Origin: Dimorphilus gyrociliatus | Lineage: Eukaryota > Animalia > Annelida | Direction of reading: 5' to 3' | Assembly (NCBI GenBank): GCA_904063045.1 | Contig: CAJFCJ010000005.1 | Span: forward strand, 2,061,988 to 2,125,987 | DNA: 64,000 nt | Part shown: piece by piece, positions 35,916 through 46,779 of the stretch | How the letters are laid out: each line of letters begins with the position of its first letter | Position numbering within the stretch: position 1 is the first letter of the stretch | The notes under the pieces: generated by a model | What the model was told of the DNA's origin: nothing | The model's database searches: none | The model's input: the letters and a program-made list of their open reading frames with translations, nothing else | Translations under genes and position numbers: made by a program

Positions 35916-38900
35916 ATGGCAGATATAAGTAATACAGATTTAACCGACAATATCCGAGTAGCAATTCGAGCGAGACCGTTCATTTCTCGCGAAATAAATG
36001 CGAAATTGGACGACCAGTGGAATTGTCAGACAAATAGTGTTGTAAGTCGCGACAGATTTCATCAGTTTATGTTTGATGATGTGTTCGATGCAACCAAAAC
36101 AACTAGTGATCTATACGGTGGTTTGGCTAGACAGATAGTGGAAGGGGCTGTTCAAGGTTAAAATTAAATATCTTTTTTTCTTACATTTTCACTGGTTTTA
36201 GCTATATAGTAATAAAGTACAAAATTTCCATCTATATGTATATATGCTAATACCTATGCATTTGTGTGCTTAATTATCTATAAATAGAGTTCTAAATTTT
36301 CTATTCTTATTTTCATATTCGGCGCTTTTATAGGATATAATGGAACAATTTTTGCCTACGGTCAGACATCTTCAGGGAAAACATACACAATGAGTGGTAG
36401 TGACAAACAAAAAGGAGTTATTGAGATGGCTGTGGATGATATTTTCTCCCTTATAGAAGAAGTTTATACAGATTCTATTTTTATACTACGCGTGTCGTGT
36501 ATGGAACTATACAACGAAACGGTTTTCGATCTATTGGCAGATAGAAAGCTTGAAGTACGAGAGAAAGACAATAATTTCATAGTCAAAGATGTTGATGAAA
36601 AATATATTAGTTATCCTGAAGAAATTTTAAAATTTATTAAGGTGGCGAATGAAAAGAGACAAGTGGGTGCAACGGCTATGAATGATAAAAGTTCACGTTC
36701 ACACGCCATTTATCGAATTGTTATTGAAGGCAAACAGGTATTTAGTGAAATTTGACCAAAGCGAAAAGACTTTGTTTCTTAATTTCCTTTAGGCAATCGA
36801 TGAAGAAAGTCTCATTAAGGTATCTCACTTGAATTTCGTTGATTTAGCCGGTTCGGAAAATTGCAATAAATCAGGAGCAACTGGTTTGCGATTGCACGAG
36901 GGAGCAATGATAAACAAAAGTCTGTTTACCCTTTCTCAAGTCATTGCGCAATTAGTTGAGAATTCCACGCATGTTTCATATCGAGATTCTAAATTGACAA
37001 AGATTTTGAAAAACTCTTTAGGAGGTTGGATAAGCGATAATTTTTGTTTCATGTTTATAATCAACATATTATTTTTCTCTTTAGGAAATAGTCGAACAGC
37101 TATTATATGTAATATTACCACGGCGGAAAAGGATGAAACCTTGTCTACTCTTCGTTTTGCAAGCTCGGCTAAAAAAATCAAAAATCACGCTAAAATCAAT
37201 GAAATTATGTCCGACGACTGTCAATTGAAAAGATGTCAGCGACAAATCGTTGATCTTCAAAAGCAGCTTGATGATTGTCAAGGTAACGACGATTTACGGT
37301 TGAAAAACGAATTAGAAAACAAGGAGCAGCAATTAAGGGATAGAGATAGACTCGTGAAAGATTTAGAAACGAAACTGGAGGGATATCAACGATTATTAGT
37401 AAAGTCTAGTCAAATTCCAACTGGAATATTTACGCCAAAGAAACAGAATCCGTTTATGGAAAAGAGGAATAGAAGGCAAACCTGGTGTCCTGGAAACGTG
37501 TTACAACCTCCTCTAAATGACCCGCGAAGAAGTGAAAAAGTTACTAGCCTAGGTCGACCAGCCGACAATACTATATCGGCGATAATAGAACAAGATGAGG
37601 ATGATAGATTAGATTCTCTTATGAAAACACCGGAAACATTTTGTGAACATTGTAAACAATTAAATGAAAAGGTGCAACAATTAGAGATGGAGCTAAATGA
37701 AAAAAGTGAAGAATTGGAAGAAGTTAAGGAATCGTTTGAAAGGGGCCACCAAAGCTTTATGGAGTATCGTGACTTTGTCGCCATTGAGAAAAAGTTACAA
37801 TTAGATGGTGAGATGGATGAAAATGTGAAAGGCGAAGAAGAACTTAAAAAGAAAATTACTGAATTGGAAGAAGCACTAAAAGAGCAAAAATCGACTCACG
37901 AAGCAAATATATGCGATATAAGAGATCAGGCATTAACTAAACTTGAAGAAGAAAAATTAAATATAGAAGGAAAATTTGAAAATATTATTAAGGCTGAACA
38001 GGACAAATACCATCAGAGGCTGCAGCTTGCCCTGGAAGAACTGGAGGAACGAGAAAAAGAAATTGAAAATCAAGTAATTTCCCTGGAAAAATCTAAAGAA
38101 GAACTAAAAATCAACCAAGATATCCTTAAGGAAAGAGAAACTTTCGTTATGGAATTGGAGAATAAAATGGCCGATCCTCGACATACTAAATCAGCGGCTG
38201 AAGAGCAGCAGGCAGAAGAACTAGAAGCTGTTAAATCTAAATTGAAAAGCACTATGGAAGAACTAGAACAATCTAAAAGGCAAATGAATATTCAAGAAGA
38301 AAGATTTAGCGATAATTTAGAAGATCTTGAAAATAGGGAGAAGCTAATTGAAGAATTAGAAGAAAAGATAACTAAGGAGCACGAAATCATAGAAATGGAG
38401 AGAATAGCCTTAGAAACCCAAAGAAATCAATTGAAAGGTGCACTTTGTGAGTTAGAGAATCGGGAAAGACTCGTCGAAGATTTAGAAAAGAAGATTGAAA
38501 TTAAATTGGAAAGTGAAGAAATACAAAAATCCCAATCAGAAGGTATTCATAACAACTTAAAAAATGCCCTGGAAAACTGCAAAATTGAATTAGAGAATAC
38601 AAAAATTCTATTAAAAAAAGCGAACGAAGATGTAAAGGAGTACAACGACCTAAAGAGTTGTTATGACAAGAGAGCAAAAGAAATCGATAATTTAAATAAT
38701 AGTTTAGCAAGTAAGACCAAAGAGTTGGAATTGGCAAAAAAAGATCTTGGCGATGTGTCTGAAAAAGCTATTAATTATGAAAATGAAATTGCAAGTGTTA
38801 AGGCTGATTTTGAAAGTCTTAATAAAAAATTAGAAGAGTATCAAACATCTAATCAAACTTTACATGAAATAAGAAACGAATTCGATTCCTTGAAGGTTGA

Positions 38901-40907
38901 CTACGACCGTTTAAAAGGAGAGAACATAAAACTGGAACAAACAAATTTGGAAGAGTTAAAGAAAAAGAGTATTGAATTAGAGGATATTAAGAGCAATTAT
39001 GAAAATACATTAGAAAAATTAAAGGAGAAGGAGAAAACCATAGAGGAATTAATGAAGAGAAATAATGAACTCGAGTCGCTGAAACAATTAAAAACTGAGC
39101 AAGAATCGACTAAATTGGCTTTGAAAACTGCTTTAGAAGACTTGGCTAGTCGTGAGCAAGAATTAGAAAATTATAAGGCTAACTATAAATCGGCCGACCA
39201 AGTGGTTGAGAATCGTGTTCAAGATTTGGAAAGAGAGATTGATGAATGTCGATCGGAAAGGCTTAAGGCGGAAATGGAATTTAGCGAAATAATGAAAATG
39301 AAAGATAATGAATTGAAAACGATTAAAGAATCGACTAGAAAAGCTGAAATTGAATTTGAAAAAGAAAAGAAGACATCGGATGAGCTTTTGACTAATTTAT
39401 GTACAGAGTTAGAGCAAGTAAAAGAGGATAATGCTAATATTGCAGAGGAGAGATTACAAGAAACAAAAATTCTTGAAGAATACGAAACAGTGGTAAGTGG
39501 AAAACATTTTAATTGAATTTTTTAAATTTGAAATCTTTCCAAAGGTAATATTATTGATAAATTACAGATACAAAATCTTAAAGAAACGGAGCAAACTTTA
39601 TTAAAGGCCAATGAAAGTTTAGAAGAGAAATTAATGTGTGTTATTCAAGAAAATGAAGAACTTAAGACAAAGCATAATGACAAAGACCTTAAAGAAGCTT
39701 ATAAAGAATTTGTGCAATCATACCGAGACAAAGATGTTTGTATAATTAATTAATTCTATTTTTTCTAATATAAATTAGATTTTCTCTAAGAAGATTTCGA
39801 ATGGATTTAACGTTTATTTTTGTATAATGAAATTAGTTTATTAAGTATTAAGATATTGTCTAATCCGACTTTATTAATTGAAAACAGTTGGACGATTGTA
39901 CATCAGATCAGAGGATTAAGAAGCTAAAAATGGAACTCGAAAAGAAGGATGAAGAGCTACATAAAAATGATAATACAATAAAATATTTAGAAATGGATAA
40001 TAAACGATTAATGGACGAATTAAATAAGTTAGAAGATGAATTTAATGAGAAAGAAGCTGAGTGTGATCGTTTGTTAGAATGTACTAATTTGGGAAATCCT
40101 GATAATATTCAAGAGGAATTTGATCTTATGAAAAATCGTTCAGTTAGATTGGAGAAGGAGAAAAACGATTTAGAACAAAAATTAGGATCTTTAGACAAGT
40201 AATTCGACTATATTATTCTTTATTAGTATATTTTATAACTTTGTATATATCTTGTTTCAGATTGAAAAACGAATATCGAACAATAAAAAGTCAATTTAGC
40301 CTTTTAGAGAAAGAGAATAAACGACTGGAAGAAAAAATGAGCCATTTCGAAAAGTAATTTATTAAATTAATTAGCTTTTTTCTTTTATTACCAAACGGAA
40401 ATTATTAATTGATTTATACTTTTTTACAATAGTCTTAAAAAACAAAATCAAGAATGTAAAATAGAAAACGAACATCTCGGATCAGCCTTGAGGACACTTC
40501 AAAAACAAGTGCGTAAATCGCTTAACGACAAAGCTGAATCATCTATATTTCAAGAGCCGCCTCCTCCGCCACCTCTAAGTTCGTCATCATCCAACGACTC
40601 TGAATTGCGTAAGCAATTAAAAGAAAAGACAACCGAAAATGACCGCCTCAAAGCTACTTTAGACATTTTAGAGTCGAAATATCGTAATTTCAAAGAGCAA
40701 GCCGCTAAGCATATGGATTATAACGAAAGAAAAAAATTAGCTGATTTACTTAATACTCCAGTGCCGTCAAAAGTAAAACGGCACAAACGTTTCTTCTCAC
40801 CAGCCGCTGAAAATGAGGAAGATGATGAAAAAATGAATTGTACTGTTGTGCCGCCTTATAGTAAAATGATCGATGGACCAGACAAGATAAACTGCTCTCA
40901 ACAATAA
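35916..40907 (+). CDS. CENPE: Kinesin-7 / CENP-E-like motor with long coiled coil
   Basis: [47 protein letters not shown] neck motif, ~900-aa coiled-coil exon, C-terminal CAAX-like CSQQ*. Confidence 0.9.
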
Positions 40908-41203
40908 ATTTAAATATGTTTACTATTTTAAAACTAGATTTTACGTTTAGAATGCAAAAATACATTTTTTTATTACTTTTTTATATATATTTAGGTCTAC
41001 GAAAGTCGTCATACTGTTCTATATTGTTACTACATTTTTTTTACGTAATTAACTCCGTAACTAACGAATGAAAGCTTGAATAAAAACGATAAATGTTGAA
41101 AATCTATACTTTAAATGTTCAATTTATTTAATATTTTTTTCAATTAAAAAGTATGAATAAACAGAATAAAGCCATATTTAAATAGCAGTTTAATATAGTT
41201 GTT

Positions 41204-41608
41204 CTATTTATCTTTCATATCGAATTTTATTAATATTTTCTCCAATTTTTTTGTCTCTCCATCTTCTTGTATTATTCTAATTATTATTATTATTATTATT
41301 ATTATTTAATTAGTAGGCGTTTAATTATATCTATGATAAGAGTTTTTGTTCGTTTAGATAGTGTTGACACCTGCAATACGTACATATGACCTTCAACTTG
41401 AGGATCGAAAGTAGGTGAGAGCATTGTAGATAGTATGTTTTTAAAGGGCGAATTCCTGTAGCGTTGTGTAAAACAGGAAGAGATTTTACAACTTAAATTA
41501 TCAATAAAACAAGAAACAATGAAATAAGAATTATAGTAGAAAATATAACTAAACAGTAAACATTACACGTAAACTCGGAAAACGTGACCTTTTTTCGGGA
41601 TTCTGCAT
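41204..41608 (-). CDS. Candidate 3-exon micro-gene (54 aa): 41608-41589, 41455-41384, 41276-41204
   Basis: GT-AG junctions join in phase (2, 2) to give MQNPEKRNSPFKNILSTMLSPTFDPQVEGHIIIQEDGETKKLEKILIKFDMKDK*. AATAAA lies downstream. No homolog recognised. Confidence 0.3.
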
Positions 41609-41880
41609 TGATATTTTTGTCAAGAGACACTGAAAATACTAAAAATAAAAAAATTATTGATTTTATTAATTGAATAGTACTTTAAAAATTAACTTATTCT
41701 TTAATAATACTTTTAAATAAACTTTATTGTTGGAAATGAAATTAAATAAGAATTCATTTTTTTCTGTCAAAAGATGGCGTTATGCCTAGTAGAGTTGGCA
41801 GTTTTACTTTGAAGTTATTAAAATTTGCAGGTTTAGCAGTCGTTTCAATATTAAGAAAATGCTTTGTGACACTAATCCAG

Positions 41881-43692
41881 ATGTGGGAAAGTAATCTTAT
41901 CAAGAATTTTCTCACCTACGTTTCCAGGTATGTGTATGCTTTCAAATGATTCTCTTTTCGTTCAAATCATTTAATCCGCAGGTATAGGAAAATTGCTCTT
42001 ATAGTTATTGTAGTGCTGTCCCTTTTTCTATATCTTTGGCCGTATTGGTTAAAGTCTTATTCACGGAAGTACGTCGATCCAATCCTACTTTGCGAGGAGA
42101 GATCCCTCCATCCTTATTTAAGAGCATTGAGCAGCCACGATGCACTAGTTGAGCATGAACCTTCTGTTGCCGAAGACAAAACATTCCTGCCTTATGTTGG
42201 AAACGGCTACTTCGGTTTATCCGTCCTTCACGATAGTAGAGTTTATATACAAAATGATCGTACACTGTCTGAAGGTCTAGGTATTTCTCCCATAATATCT
42301 GCTCAAGCAAAGGGATATATATCTAGGGCAGTAGTTGTTTTGGACTTGTTAAATGGTATAGTCGAAAGGACGCAATGCTTTCAGCTTGGATCTGTGTGCG
42401 TTGGTATTACAACAAAGATTTACGCTCATCGAACAAAGCCATCTCTATTAATTCAAGATATTCGAATTAGCAATCCTACTGCAGAACCAGTAACCTTAGA
42501 TATAGAATTAACGGGATTTGGAGATGGTTTTACAATTCGAAAGAAAAAAGAAGACATGGCTTTAGGCCGTACGATTGTCAAAGATAAAAAGATTGGAGTA
42601 GCAATTATGAATATACCGGAGAGTTTAACAATAAAATCAGGAGGAGCTTTATCTTTTCATCATATTACATCAATAGTCGTTGTAGCCAAAGATACTCCTG
42701 ATAAAATGGTTTTAGAAAAAGCTGAAAAAGATTTGGTGGATGCTCAGAAAACGAAAGATCTTGAAATGCAACACAAATCAGTATGGCGACATTTATGGAC
42801 TCATGGTTTCTCCATTAGTGATTCAAAAGCAAGTGGAGCTCTGAACGGTGACCGTATAAATTTAACTCTGTACTACGTTCTTAGCAATACGCCAGCTCTG
42901 TTACACGAACCAATTGATAAAGCTGAAGTAACGAAACTCCGTACTTATTTAGCATATCCTGATAGATGCTACGAGGGTCATCACACTCTACAGAATGACG
43001 TTTTGTGGAAAACTGTGGAAAGTGACAACGATGTTCAATCGTTGGCTAGCACCTGGTTGTTGACACTAGATAAGCTTGGTTGCTCTCAGATGATGAAGGC
43101 AGGAGCGGATGGAATAATGCAAGCTATGGTGCTATCCTGTGGGGCTTTGAAATTTAAAAATTTTCATCTTGAGTTGTCCATGCAACATTCCGATCTCGAT
43201 AGAGTGATGCACTGGAGACGTGTACATTATGGTAATAATACGCACGTTAATATCACTGTTCTAGTTCGAGATGACAATAGACCTCAAATAATAGTATCTC
43301 TCGATAGGAATGATAAGCCATATTATGCTTGTTCAGCTGGTTGTACAGATCTTTATTCGCTATCGGAAACACCTCAAATTCTACCAGTTAAAATTACAAA
43401 ACCATTAACAGCTCTTTTATATATAACATCCGATAAAAAGCATATGCAAGAGCTACGAAAAACTATACACTTTAAAGAAATAAAAGATGCTCCGGCGCAT
43501 TCTCAAGGTATTTTAGCAGTACACAAGCACGGTACTCACTACGGAGGTTTACCGGCTCTCTTTTGGATATCTATTGCATCCTTAATAGCAATATTTCACT
43601 TATTCCTATTGAAAATTGTGTTGAATGAATATTGTATGACTGATAATTTAGCTAAAGAGCAGAGGTATCCGCGTCCCAGGTATACCGTATAA
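41881..43692 (+). CDS. KIAA2013: KIAA2013-like type II/TM glycoside-hydrolase-fold protein. Exons 41881-41927, 41981-43692
   Basis: MW start with N-terminal TM, LPYVGNGYFG, AHRTKPSLLIQDI, GDRINLTLYY, C-terminal HKHG...GGLPALFWISIASLIAIFHLFLLKIVLNEYC. Confidence 0.9.
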
Positions 43693-44124
43693 TAATATTG
43701 GTGACTTAACTTATCTTTTTTATGTTTGTTTAATTAACTTTGTAATTTTGCTTTGGTATTTTCTATTTTTAACCAACAACGTTACAGTTAATGACAATAA
43801 AAGTTACTCTTATTATTAATAATAATACAAATAGAGAAGTGTGTTAAGTCTTCATCATATTACATTCAAACAATGGTAATTGAACGAATCTCCGAAGATG
43901 AGGATAAGTTTCTCCCATTCAACTCACTCAAAATATCTTTTACGTAATCAAGGTATTTATATAAAATTATCTTACGAAAAAGATGAACAAGACTCTAGGG
44001 TATCCAATGATTGAAAGATGAACAAAAAGATCTGTTGAATAAAATTCAATAACCGTTGTGATCGCCGTATTTAAATGTAACACGTATTATAGAAATGTAG
44101 AAACTTGAATTATGAACAAACAAG

Positions 44125-44433
44125 CTATTTAATTGGTGGTTTCTTCTTTAAATCTAACACATTATTTAAAGTTGAGAATGATTTTCTTTTAATAAATATT
44201 CTCTTATTTCCGGAAGGACCTCTATGAATTTTCTTTACGTCTGCCTTATCCTGATCAATATAATCTGGTATTTTTTCGCTCATAGCAGCCATCGAATAAT
44301 AGCACTTGAATACCTTACCCCTTCGTTTATTCGAAGTATTGGCCCCTTCCTCAACACTATCGTACTTATCGTAATAAGTAGAATATGTATCATTTGTAGA
44401 TGAAGATTCATTTTTACCCTGACAAAGTCCCAT
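44125..44433 (-). CDS. Small unrecognised ORF (102 aa) starting MGLCQGK
   Basis: Stop-free, hydrophilic ORF in an AT-rich intergenic region. No family recognised. Could instead be an internal/last exon (TTGTCAG acceptor-like sequence). Confidence 0.35.
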   Translation of the reverse strand: MGLCQGKNESSSTNDTYSTYYDKYDSVEEGANTSNKRRGKVFKCYYSMAAMSEKIPDYIDQDKADVKKIHRGPSGNKRIFIKRKSFSTLNNVLDLKKKPPIK

Positions 44434-44498
44434 AAAAAAGATAACAAATAGTTGACAAATTAAATTGTATATATACATATATACATCTATATACAAGA

Positions 44499-44501
<3 letters not shown>

Positions 44502-44540
<39 letters not shown>
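44502..44540. repeat. (AT)n microsatellite
   Basis: Directly visible. Confidence 0.95.
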
Positions 44541-44542
<2 letters not shown>

Positions 44543-44895
44543 TATATAGTATGTATATCTTACTTTTTCGATTTTTAAAATAGCTTTATATGATATCATA
44601 CTAATATTAACTTTTTAATATGATACGAGGGAAGAGGTGTCTTTAAATAATCAAATATCTTAGCAGCTTTTTCTTTTCGTTTTATTCTAGTAAGGGCTTG
44701 CAAAGATCAATTCCGAATGAAAATTATAGCTTTGCTCTGTCAACAACAAGACTATTTCGTTGATGATATTTAAACGTTAGTAAATATTCATTGTAATGAG
44801 CTGTTATTGCAGTTATGGGCTAAAACAAGAAATTACTTATTCTATTAGGTTATTGCAACAGTTTAGTTGAAAACTATTAAAAATACATATGCTTT

Positions 44896-44912
44896 AAGCG
44901 CCGTCTATCGGA
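44896..44912 (-). promoter_or_regulatory. CTCF-like motif upstream of APTX
   Basis: Reverse strand contains CCGATAGACGGCGCT. Confidence 0.35.
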
Positions 44913-45351
44913 TTTAAAAAAATTGTTTCAGTGGTAAGTTCTTTACAAAGTTTCCCCTCTATCGTTACACTTAAAGGGCTTTTTCTTTTGTAACGAAAAA
45001 ATAAATATTTTATTTGCGAACAAATTGTTATATACTTATTTATTTATTTACTTTTAAAATGCTCAATAAAAGTTTATTGTCAAGAGTTTTGTTAATGATT
45101 TGTCAATTAAAATTATTTTGAAAATACTTTTCATCAATGTTCAAGTAAGGCTTTTTTTTCTTTAAAACCATCGAATTGGGTAGTAGTCTCAGTATATTGT
45201 TATACTCAAAAATAAAATAAAAACTGGTATATATAAAAACTGAATGTTTTACGTAAGAAAGGAATTTGTTTTTTCTACTACTATTGCAAAATTTTACAAA
45301 ATATTTAAACAAAAATTAATTAGTCAGCAATCGTTGAAAAATCTAAAGAGT

Positions 45352-46013
45352 ATGGCTACGAATAAACGTAAACATGAGAAACAAGGAGGTCCATCGGCTA
45401 AAAAAGTACCTCCTTGGATGGAAGGTTTAAAACAAGCTATGGAAAATCCAGATTTAAAAGTTTTAGAGACTGATAAAGCTGTTGTGATTAAGGATAAATA
45501 TCCGAAAGCGCGTCATCACTATTTAGTTTTACCTAAAGAAAATATATCAAATCTGAAAAGGTTTGTGTAAATACAATTATGAATCACTAATAAAATTCTT
45601 ATAAATGCTTTTATATTAGTTGTCAAAAGGAGCACGTTGAACTATTAGAACATATTCATGAAATTGGCGCCAACTTAAAAACGAGGCATGAAAATTCTGC
45701 ATTCCGATTAGGCTATCATGCTATTCCAAGTATGTCTCAACTACACATGCACGTCATAAGTCAAGACATGATATCCGATTGTATGAAGACAAAGAAACAC
45801 TACAACTCTTTTACAACCGATTATTTTGTTCCCTCTGAAACTATTTTAAAAATGTTAAAACGAGACGGAAAGGTTGATATTAACGCAAAAGATATGAAAT
45901 TATGTCTAGAAATGAATTTAAGGTGTCATTTGTGCGGTGAAAGTCAAAAGAATATACCTACTCTCAAAAAGCATTTACTTCTAGAAGATTCGAAAAAGAA
46001 CAGGGGAAAATAG
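45352..46013 (+). CDS. APTX: Aprataxin (HIT + zinc finger), short form without FHA domain, 2 exons
   Basis: [60 protein letters not shown]...IPTLKKH. Confidence 0.93.
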
Positions 46014-46779
46014 AATAATAATAGAACGTTTCGAATTATCTATTCCGAAAAAAAGAACCTAACGTAACTCCTCTTAGCAGAGATTTAAGGAAGTTGTATT
46101 AGTAAATTGTAAAAGATTTTTAAGCAATAAAAACATAACTAAAAGAAAACTTTTGCTTTATAGAATGTATGGAATTTTTAAAATACTTTTAACTTTTATT
46201 TACGCAAAAATCAAGGTGTTTATTCTCTTTGAAAGAAAAAAAATTGTCTTTATGCCAAAAGAATTTAGAATGATTGATCAACTGAATTATAGCATTTTTT
46301 TCAGCCCTCTATCCCTTACTCTCCCCCTCCCTTTTCCCCTCCCCTTTCTATTTTAGTATATGAAAAAAAATAATATCCAATCACGTGACTGTCGTGTGGG
46401 CGTGAGATATTTGTATGGTATATTTATTCAGACGGTAGCGTTTGAACTGTTCGGTCTTTGAATTTTCATCCGTTAGAAAAGAAAGATCTAGAAGAGAAAG
46501 AGAAGATATATAAGTTAGTATAAACGAATTAGACGGTAATAAATAAATAAATAAGTTATTATTAAACTTATTCTTATTTTTTATTATATTCTATCCTTTG
46601 TATTTATATATGAATTAATACAAATTTTAACTATAAAAAATATTTACCTATATTTGAAGAATAGCTCTCTTAAGCCTAATAAAATAATTTTAGGAATTTT
46701 TTAAAACGTAAGGCCATTTTTAAGTAAATTTATTAATAGAGAAAATTTTTACAGCTAACAACACGAACACAGAATAACA

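Noticed and set aside
35506-35916. Possible operon/trans-splicing between TEX14 and CENP-E (short gap, acceptor-like TTTAG/TACAG)
   Set aside because: ETS-like CCGGAA/TTCCG motifs near 35810 suggest an independent promoter, and there is no positive evidence of a spliced leader.
37025-37084. Odd hydrophobic insert [20 protein letters not shown] in the kinesin motor domain
   Set aside because: It is a 60-nt stop-free GT-AG intron read through by the ORF finder. Removing it restores [11 protein letters not shown].
37470-37500. CENP-E RRQTW instead of human RRVTW (PP1/Aurora site)
   Set aside because: To my knowledge non-vertebrate kinesin-7 proteins commonly vary at this position, so it is not unusual.
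36936-38737. Antisense ORFs over CENP-E; likewise those over KIAA2013, the ZnF gene, THAP and TDRD9
   Set aside because: Shadow frames opposite long coding exons, with no motifs.
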